From the NCBI RefSeq assembly GCF_000010625.1, contig NC_010296.1, forward strand, positions 1,230,001 to 1,262,000: a stretch of DNA of 32,000 nt, read 5' to 3'. The stretch comes from Microcystis aeruginosa NIES-843 (GTDB lineage: Bacteria; Cyanobacteriota; Cyanobacteriia; Cyanobacteriales; Microcystaceae). A model generated the notes under the pieces. It was not told the origin of the DNA. It ran no database searches and worked only from the letters and a program-made list of their open reading frames with translations. Below, one piece after another: positions 25,861 through 32,000 of the stretch. Position numbers and translations under genes: made by a program. Within the stretch, counting starts at the first letter, position 1. Every line of letters begins with the position of its first letter.

Positions 25861-26810
25861 TAGTCATTTCAAATAAGTGTGAGACGAGGGAAAAATAAGG
25901 TAAAATCAAGAGAAACGAGCAACCCATACAGAAAAATGTCTTATAGCCTAGACTTGAGAAAAAAAGTAATCGATTATGTAGAGAATGGGGGAAGCATAAC
26001 CAAAGCCGCCGCTCTATTTAATATAGGAAGAGCGACGATATATAGATGGCTAGGTAGGGAAAAACTGGAAGCAACAAAGGTAAAACACCGTCAGAGAAAG
26101 CTGGACTGGAAAGCACTGTCAAAAGATGTCCAAGAAAATCCCGAGGCAAGATTAAGAGACAGAGCCGAGAAATTTGGAGTGAGACCAAGTGCCATTTGCT
26201 ATGCCTTAAAAAACATGAAAGTTACCAGAAAAAAGAAGGAACTTCGTTATAGAGAAAGAAACCGAGAAGAAAGAATGAAATACTACAGAGTGCTGAGAGA
26301 ATTGATTAAAATATATGGAAGTGAAAGCCTTGTATTTATTGATGAGTCAGGGTTTGAAGAATTTCAAGCCTGTTTTTATGCTTGGTCAAAAAAAGGGAAG
26401 AAAGTCTTTGGAGATAGACAAGGAAAACGAGGAAAAAGAGAGAACCTTGTCGCTGGTAGAAGAAAGGGAAAAAAAGACTTTATTGCACCGATGGTATTTA
26501 CGAGAAGCCTGAATGCCGAAGGTTTTGAAGGGTGGTTATCTTTATATTTGTTGCCCTCTCTAACCATAACATCAGTATTAATTATGGATAATGCACCAAT
26601 TCATCGGAAGACAGTCATTAAACAACTGGTAGAGGAAGCAGGTCATCAGGTCGTGTTTTTGCCAAAATACTCTCCTGATTTAAATGATATCGAACATGAT
26701 TTTAGTGCATTAAAGAGGGCAAGAATGTATGCTCCTGTGGGGACACCCCTTGATGAAATTATTCGTACTTATTGTGTCGCCTAGTGTCTCGTTCTTATTT
26801 GAAATAACTA
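25861..26810 (+). mobile_element. IS630-family element no. 3 (950 bp)
   Basis: The terminal repeats are TAGTCATTTCAAATAAG and TAGTTATTTCAAATAAG (reverse complement). The TA duplication is at 25859-25860 and 26811-26812. Confidence 0.85.
25936..26784 (+). CDS. IS630-family transposase
   Basis: It has the HTH 'ITKAAALFNIGRATIYRWL' and the DDE-type motifs 'VFIDESGF', 'LIMDNAPIH' and 'LNDIEHDF'. ATG 25936 is preferred over GTG 25879. Confidence 0.85.
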   Translation: MSYSLDLRKKVIDYVENGGSITKAAALFNIGRATIYRWLGREKLEATKVKHRQRKLDWKALSKDVQENPEARLRDRAEKFGVRPSAICYALKNMKVTRKKKELRYRERNREERMKYYRVLRELIKIYGSESLVFIDESGFEEFQACFYAWSKKGKKVFGDRQGKRGKRENLVAGRRKGKKDFIAPMVFTRSLNAEGFEGWLSLYLLPSLTITSVLIMDNAPIHRKTVIKQLVEEAGHQVVFLPKYSPDLNDIEHDFSALKRARMYAPVGTPLDEIIRTYCVA

Positions 26811-27286
26811 TAGTTTCTAGAGAACGGGATACCTGACTTAACACCTGTTCGGGATCATCGGTATTGCTGAGGACGGCAAAGGGTAATAAACCGGGATGAT
26901 GGAAAAATTGCGGCGTATTTTCTTCCCAAAGACGGATGACTTGAAAAGAATGAAAAGTTTCCCCCAGACGGAAAGTATTTTCTTGTACTAGCGGGGAATC
27001 ACTACGTCGCAGATAAATTACCACTTGACGCATTGGTTTTTGGGGATGACGACGATAGACGCGAATGCGATAATCGAGCATTCGGAAAGGAATCTTGGAG
27101 TCGGGGTCGGTTTGAAATTCAGTATGGAGAATCAATTCCTCTGACTGCAAAAAAATCAGAGAATCGGCGCGAATGGGGTCTAATTGTAATTCCGTCGGGT
27201 CGAGGACGGTTAAGGGGAGGGGAGAACCCAATAACCAAGTGGCTAGATCATCGGAGAAGTTTTCGGCGATAAATTTACAAATATTA

Positions 27287-28283
27287 TCAAACATCGCGAG
27301 CGTTCTGCCTTTGTAATTCCTCGATCGCGTCGGGGGATAAATCGGTAAATTGGGCGATTTCTGGGATAGGAAAGCCAGCAGATAGCATTTTTAGGGCAAT
27401 TTGTCGAGCTTTTTCTTCTTTTCCCTCCTCTTTGCCTTCCTCTTTGCCTTCCTCTAAAGCTTCTTGATAAACCTTAGTTTCTCTTAAATCACTTAAACTA
27501 AACATAGCTTCTATCTCCTTACGGTTTAATTTCGGTAATTTATAAATGAGAATTGTCTCAATTAATTCTAGAATGTCCTCTCTTTTTAAAGACTCCTGAA
27601 ATTGTTGTCTAACTTGTTGAATCAGTTCTTTTCCTTGGGCTAAGGTGTTTGGGGAGCATCTCACTTACGCGATAAGTAATTATACTTAGCCTAAAAGCCA
27701 CTCTTAATCGTGTCTTGGAACGAAATAGAGGCTTTTAAAGACTGCGTACATGGAGAATTAAAACAAGAATTACCCTCGAAAAGCCTATTTTTCCACTAAG
27801 TATTTATGCTCATTGCAAAGGTGAGATGCTCCCGGTGTTTGGTTCCGATTCCACAATTAATTGTAACACTTTTACCCCCAGAGAATCCCCCTCATCTAAT
27901 TGATTCAGATAATAACAGTTAACCCGTCCTGACTCAAAGAATTCTTGATAACGAGATTTGGGACTATTTTCAATTCCAGGATGAGGATGAATGATCACCC
28001 CTTGCCAATTGTTATTACTCTCACTTTGATGAAAATAGAGAAATATTTCACTAAAAAAGCGCGAGTAAAACCGTTCATCTTTTTGAAATTGTACCTCAAC
28101 AAAGTAAATCGGTTCATTAAGGTTATCAGGAAGAAAGACCCCATCTAAACGAAAAGCGAGTTGTTTAACTTCTAGGGAGGAAAATTGATAATGATTGACG
28201 GTTTCTGGGGGAAGATTGAGCAAATCAAAGAAACTTTCAGGAAAAGTCTCAAAGAGACGATAGAAAATACTGTCCGTTTTCAC
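27287..28283 (-). pseudogene. Rpn-family nuclease paralog R5 (R1-type N-terminus, beta-type tail), split by the 182-bp MITE
   Basis: It matches R1 from the start through 'RETKVYQEALEEG'. It then switches to 'KEEGKEEGKEEKARQIALKMLSAGFPIPEIAQFTDLSPDAIEELQRQ'. Its stop overlaps the R3/R4 ATG. Confidence 0.85.
27652..27833 (+). mobile_element. 182-bp MITE, copy C
   Basis: The 8-bp duplication is GGTGTTTG (27644-27651 and 27834-27841). The uninterrupted site is visible in paralog R1 at 22687-22694. Confidence 0.92.
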
Positions 28284-28643
28284 TCAATTTTGTCCCTCAA
28301 TGACTTGTGGTACTTGTTCAATATCTAAGTCTAAAGTTTGGGCAATTTGTTCTACACTTCACCCTAAAGCCAATAAACGGGGAATAGAGTTTAATTTAGC
28401 GGTTAATGCTCCTTCCTCTAAAATATCTTGATAGATGACGGATTCTCTCATAATCTCACTCCGAAGGATGTTTTTAATCGTCTCTCGATTTAATGCTAAC
28501 CTGGCGAGAATACTGGTGGCGGCAGCGAGATTGATTTGCACCTGTTTGTCGAGGACGGTTAAGGAGAGGGGAGTACCCAATAACCAAGTGGCTAGATCAT
28601 CGGAGAAGTTTTCGGCAATAAATTTACAAATATTATCAAACAT
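28284..28643 (-). pseudogene. Rpn-family derivative R6 with the nuclease core deleted (N-terminal 32 aa fused to a gamma-type tail)
   Basis: It reads 'MFDNICKFIAENFSDDLATWLLGTPLSLTVLD|KQVQINLAAATSILA...EEGALTAKLNSIPRLLALG*SVEQIAQ...'. The in-frame TGA is at 28359-28361, and the tail ends at the TGA adjacent to the R5 GTG. Confidence 0.65.
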
Positions 28644-29019
28644 TGCGAGCGTTCTGCCTTTGTAATTACTACCATCCACATCAATAAATTCAAGATTACT
28701 TGCTATCAATTCCTAAACAATTAAGCTAAATAAACCCCCGATCATTAGTAAAAGTCTTTGATTTCATGGTAATCTTTGACCCAAGCTTACGAAATATTAT
28801 ATCACCGATTAAGATAGATCATGATTTAATCTTGTTTTAAGTTCACAAACATAATTAACGGTAGCATGATCTGTCTTAATAATTAACTTTACTTCAGCCA
28901 ATAATTGACCAGATATATAGGTTTCATCTTGAATAGTTTCCTGAAAATTAGGTAAGGATTCCAGACAGGTCAAATATTTATGAAATAGGGGATGTTTGGG
29001 CTACATAAGCAATAGAAAG

Positions 29020-30288
29020 TTACCTTTTCTCTAAAATTAGTAAATATTCGGATTTCATGCCATCAGGATTTTTATTCTTGCGAGATTTGAATAATTGTCT
29101 GGTTTTAATTCTATCCTCAAAGACGCTATCAAAAATAAAGCCATTTTCCTGAAAATATTCCTGTAATATTCGCCAAGTTTCTACTTCCACCCCATCCACT
29201 TTCGGATTACCCACAAAAATGCAAGCTTTCCCAGCTTGTTTTAATTTTCTGGTGGCATTTTCTAAAGCATTGATAGTGTGACAAAAATAGGAATCGAGTA
29301 TTTTATGTAAATTCTCTTTCTCTAAACTCGATCTCACTTGATTTAAGGTTTCGGTTTCGATTAATCTGGTAGCCTGTCGGTAGGGAATTTCTAGCTTAGA
29401 GATTTTTTGCACTTCTTTTTCTGTATATCCTAACCAATATAAATCTAGTTTTGCTGTTCTGATATATTCCTGTGCTTGCAGATAGGGGGGGGAACTAATT
29501 AAACAATCTAACTCTAGATTTTGATCGATCTCAAAAGTGGCACTATCTACTCCCCCATAAAAAAGCACCTGATTACAATTATGCCAAGTGACGGCAATAT
29601 ATTGATTAACGCTGGTTAAAGTTTCAAAACTCATCTCTTTAATCGTTCGTTTTAATTCCTCTTGCCAATCTCTTTGTAATAGTTCTTGTATATCTGATTT
29701 TTTGTATTTCGATTGAAATAATTTAGGTTTGGTATGTTCTGCATAGGAAAACTGTTTACTAACTTTCACTAAAACCGCTTGAATGATCTGGGAATATAAA
29801 TCAGGTTCTAGATTTTTTTGACCTGCCCAAAGTTTCTGTAAAACTGCTAAAATATCCTCTGGATACCAATAGTTTAAATTTGACCACTGAGGGATAAATT
29901 TATCCTTGCTGGCAAAAACTTCTAAGATTTTTTTATCTAACTCTGAGTAACTCAATTGTTCTTGGTGTTCTGTGATCTTAATCGGTATAATATGGTTTAA
30001 AAGATAATTCAGGTCAGTTAAAACTGCATTTCTTTGACAAAGTTTAGCCTCTAAACCCACCGTACCAGAACCAGCAAAAGGATCGATAATCCAATCATCC
30101 TTTTTGGTGTAATTATCAAGACAAAATCTCACCACTTGGGGAATAAATTTGGCAGGATAATAATAGATGCCATGGGTTAGATAACTGGTGCTGGTGATTT
30201 CTGGTACTAAATCTCGAAAAGAAACTAATCGCGGGGTTCCCCGATTAAATTCTTCTAAATTATTAAAATCGAAAAGTTCTAACTGCAT
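29020..30288 (-). CDS. DNA methyltransferase (N4-cytosine/N6-adenine type), with no adjacent restriction gene recognised
   Basis: It has 'YYYPAKFIPQVV', the AdoMet motif 'IIDPFAGSGTVG' and the catalytic motif 'ISSPPY' about 190 aa downstream. Motif I precedes motif IV with a long intervening region. Confidence 0.75.
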   Translation of the reverse strand: MQLELFDFNNLEEFNRGTPRLVSFRDLVPEITSTSYLTHGIYYYPAKFIPQVVRFCLDNYTKKDDWIIDPFAGSGTVGLEAKLCQRNAVLTDLNYLLNHIIPIKITEHQEQLSYSELDKKILEVFASKDKFIPQWSNLNYWYPEDILAVLQKLWAGQKNLEPDLYSQIIQAVLVKVSKQFSYAEHTKPKLFQSKYKKSDIQELLQRDWQEELKRTIKEMSFETLTSVNQYIAVTWHNCNQVLFYGGVDSATFEIDQNLELDCLISSPPYLQAQEYIRTAKLDLYWLGYTEKEVQKISKLEIPYRQATRLIETETLNQVRSSLEKENLHKILDSYFCHTINALENATRKLKQAGKACIFVGNPKVDGVEVETWRILQEYFQENGFIFDSVFEDRIKTRQLFKSRKNKNPDGMKSEYLLILEKR

Positions 30289-30397
30289 GATTCGGCTATC
30301 AATTCTTCCTAGGGTAGGCCAGCCAATTAAAATAAAGATTAAAACCGTAGCTGATCAATATTCTAACTTATCGTCCCTTAACCTAACCGAGAACTCA

Positions 30398-30430
30398 ACT
30401 TTTTTACTTTTTACTTTTTACTTTTTACTT
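30398..30430. repeat. heptamer tandem repeat (ACTTTTT)x4.6
   Basis: This perfect tandem array lies in the divergent intergenic region between the methyltransferase gene and the dihydroorotase-like gene. Confidence 0.85.
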
Positions 30431-30477
30431 AACGTGATATACTGCCAGAGGAAAAAATGACGTTTTAATTAGTCTGC

Positions 30478-31749
30478 GTGAATAGCCAATCCTCGACGAT
30501 CATAGAACAGGTTAGAGTCCTTGACCCCCTGACACAAACCGATCGCATTGCCGATGTCTGGATTGAGGAGGGGGTAATTAAAGCGATCGAATCTCAGCTT
30601 CCCCCAAGAGAAAATAGTAACTATATTTCCGGTCAAAACTGTATTTTTGCTCCCGGATTAGTCGATCTCTACAGTCATTCTGGGGAACCCGGCCACGAGG
30701 ACAGAGAAACCCTTGCATCTCTGATCCAAGCTGCCACGGCCGGAGGCTGCACCCGGTTGGCAATTCTCCCCAATACTCTCCCCCCCCTCGATCACCCCGC
30801 ACTTATTAGCACATTACAGCAAAAAAGTCAAGGGTTTTTTGACTCAAAATCGACTCGTCTGCATTTTTGGGCAAGTCTCACCCTAGGAAGGCAAGGGCAA
30901 AAAATGACGGAATTAGCCGATTTAATGCCTGTAGCGGTGGGTTTTACCGATAATCGCAGTCTGGAAGATTTGGGACTGTTGCGGCGCTTATTGGAATACC
31001 TAAAACCCTTCGGTAAAAATATCGCCCTTTCCCCCGTAAATCAGCAATTAAAGGGTAATGGAGTCATGCGTGAGGGAGAAACCTCGATTCGCTTCGGTTT
31101 ACCGGGGGATCCTGCTATTTCCGAAACCACTGCTTTAGCCACAATTTTAGAAATCGTCGGCGAAATTAATACACCTGTTCACCTAATGCGAATTTCTACC
31201 CGTCGAGGAGTGGAATTAATTCGCGAGGCAAAAATGCGGGGATTGCCGATAACCGCTAGTGTGACGTGGTTGCATCTGCTCTTAAATACAGGATCGATCG
31301 CCAGCTATCATCCCAGTTTACACCTCGCTCCACCCTTGGGCAACGAAAGCGATCGCAAGGCGTTAATTGCGGCAATTAAGGAGGGAATTATCGATGCAAT
31401 CGCGATCGATCATCGTCCCTATACCTACGAAGAAAAAACCGTCTCTTTTGCAGAAGCACCCCCCGGCGCGATCGGGTTAGAATTAGCTTTACCGCTACTC
31501 TGGGAAAAATTAGTAATAACTGGGCAATTATCAGCTTTACAATTGTGGCAAGCGCTTAGTCTCAATCCCTGTCATTGTTTACAACAAAAACCGGCATCTC
31601 TCAACCCCGGTAATCCCGCAGAAGCAATTCTTTTTCATCCCCAAGCAAGCTGGAAAGTAACAGCAAATAATCTTCACTCCCTCAGTCACAATACTTTCTG
31701 GTTAAATCAAACAATTACGGGAAAAGTCTTAGAAATGTGGAATTTTTAA
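30478..31749 (+). CDS. dihydroorotase-like amidohydrolase with a degenerate metal site (PyrC'-type)
   Basis: It has a class I DHOase-like layout, but 'GLVDLYSHSGEPG' replaces the canonical D-x-H-x-H metal-binding motif. It has a GTG start. Confidence 0.7.
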   Translation: MNSQSSTIIEQVRVLDPLTQTDRIADVWIEEGVIKAIESQLPPRENSNYISGQNCIFAPGLVDLYSHSGEPGHEDRETLASLIQAATAGGCTRLAILPNTLPPLDHPALISTLQQKSQGFFDSKSTRLHFWASLTLGRQGQKMTELADLMPVAVGFTDNRSLEDLGLLRRLLEYLKPFGKNIALSPVNQQLKGNGVMREGETSIRFGLPGDPAISETTALATILEIVGEINTPVHLMRISTRRGVELIREAKMRGLPITASVTWLHLLLNTGSIASYHPSLHLAPPLGNESDRKALIAAIKEGIIDAIAIDHRPYTYEEKTVSFAEAPPGAIGLELALPLLWEKLVITGQLSALQLWQALSLNPCHCLQQKPASLNPGNPAEAILFHPQASWKVTANNLHSLSHNTFWLNQTITGKVLEMWNF

Positions 31750-31832
31750 AGGGTGGCCAATTTCTATCTTGAGACTCTCCTAGTTTTTTGGATAATGATC
31801 AGCTAGAATTCTAGAGAAAACTAGAGTAATGA

Positions 31833-32000
31833 CATGGAAAAAGAACTGGTATCGGAAAAGCGCGGTTATCTGCTTCGCACGGTGGCAGAAGCTAAAGAAA
31901 TTGTCCTTAATTGGTTGCGAGAAATAAATTTAGTTAATGCGATTAAATTAGGTTTACCAGAAGTGGATGACAGATATCATATTTGGCGAATTCCTCTATG
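31833..32000 (+). CDS. hypothetical protein, 5' partial (runs off the window)
   Basis: An open frame runs from ATG 31833 to the window end ('MEKELVSEKRGYLLRTVAEAKEIVLNWLREINL...'). No family was recognised. Confidence 0.35.

Larger units (their letters stand above)
25536..27294 (-). pseudogene. Rpn-family nuclease paralog R3/R4 (MFDNICKF type), split by IS630 no. 3
   Basis: The N-terminal part is 26813-27294 and the C-terminal part 25536-25860. They join as '...VSRSLET|ISQKQVQSNLAAATS...' once 25861-26812 is removed. Confidence 0.85.

Noticed and set aside
28811-29003. A start-less ~60-codon open frame downstream of the SPPY methyltransferase, considered as a possible restriction endonuclease remnant.
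   Set aside because: It has no start codon, no motif, and is preceded by an in-frame stop, so it cannot be supported from sequence alone.
1-32000. A search for tRNA, rRNA, riboswitch-like or group II intron/retron signatures.
   Set aside because: Nothing resembling a cloverleaf, rRNA-conserved blocks, a reverse transcriptase ORF or known riboswitch cores was noticed by eye. A covariance-model scan (tRNAscan-SE/Infernal) would be needed to exclude them formally.

Overview
The window looks cyanobacterial and Microcystis-like, based on frequent HIP1 GCGATCGC sites, a PEP-CTERM protein, DUF2887/DUF4351-type Rpn genes and a very high IS/MITE load. Only about one third is ordinary cargo. The key locus is a four-gene minus-strand operon at 10825-15454: cysK, cysE, a 310-aa family 2A encapsulin shell protein (SrpI-like), and a SufS-type cysteine desulfurase with a ~170-aa disordered N-terminal extension. 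I read this as a sulfur-metabolism nanocompartment system. It is visibly GC-richer than its surroundings, is bracketed by imperfect inverted repeats, and is preceded by four helically phased 11-bp direct repeats. The rest is a mobile-element and defence-gene patchwork. It holds two ISL3 copies, three different IS630 elements, and IS701 and IS1634 remnants. It also holds two inverted tnpB-only IS200/IS605 elements that share one frameshift and show omega-RNA-like structure conservation. Four MITE families are present, and every copy sits inside a gene with a clean target-site duplication. Other genes are rimM, a Uma2 endonuclease, a MITE-split HEPN/DUF4145 gene, a small-protein plus retropepsin pair, a mazEF-like pair, two Dam-like methyltransferase paralogs (one hit twice by MITEs), an orphan SPPY methyltransferase, an NHL-repeat PEP-CTERM protein and a degenerate dihydroorotase-like protein. 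A 6.4-kb cluster of Rpn-family PD-(D/E)XK nuclease paralogs has C-terminal tails that appear shuffled at an EEG[KR] repeat linker. No tRNA, rRNA or CRISPR array was seen.
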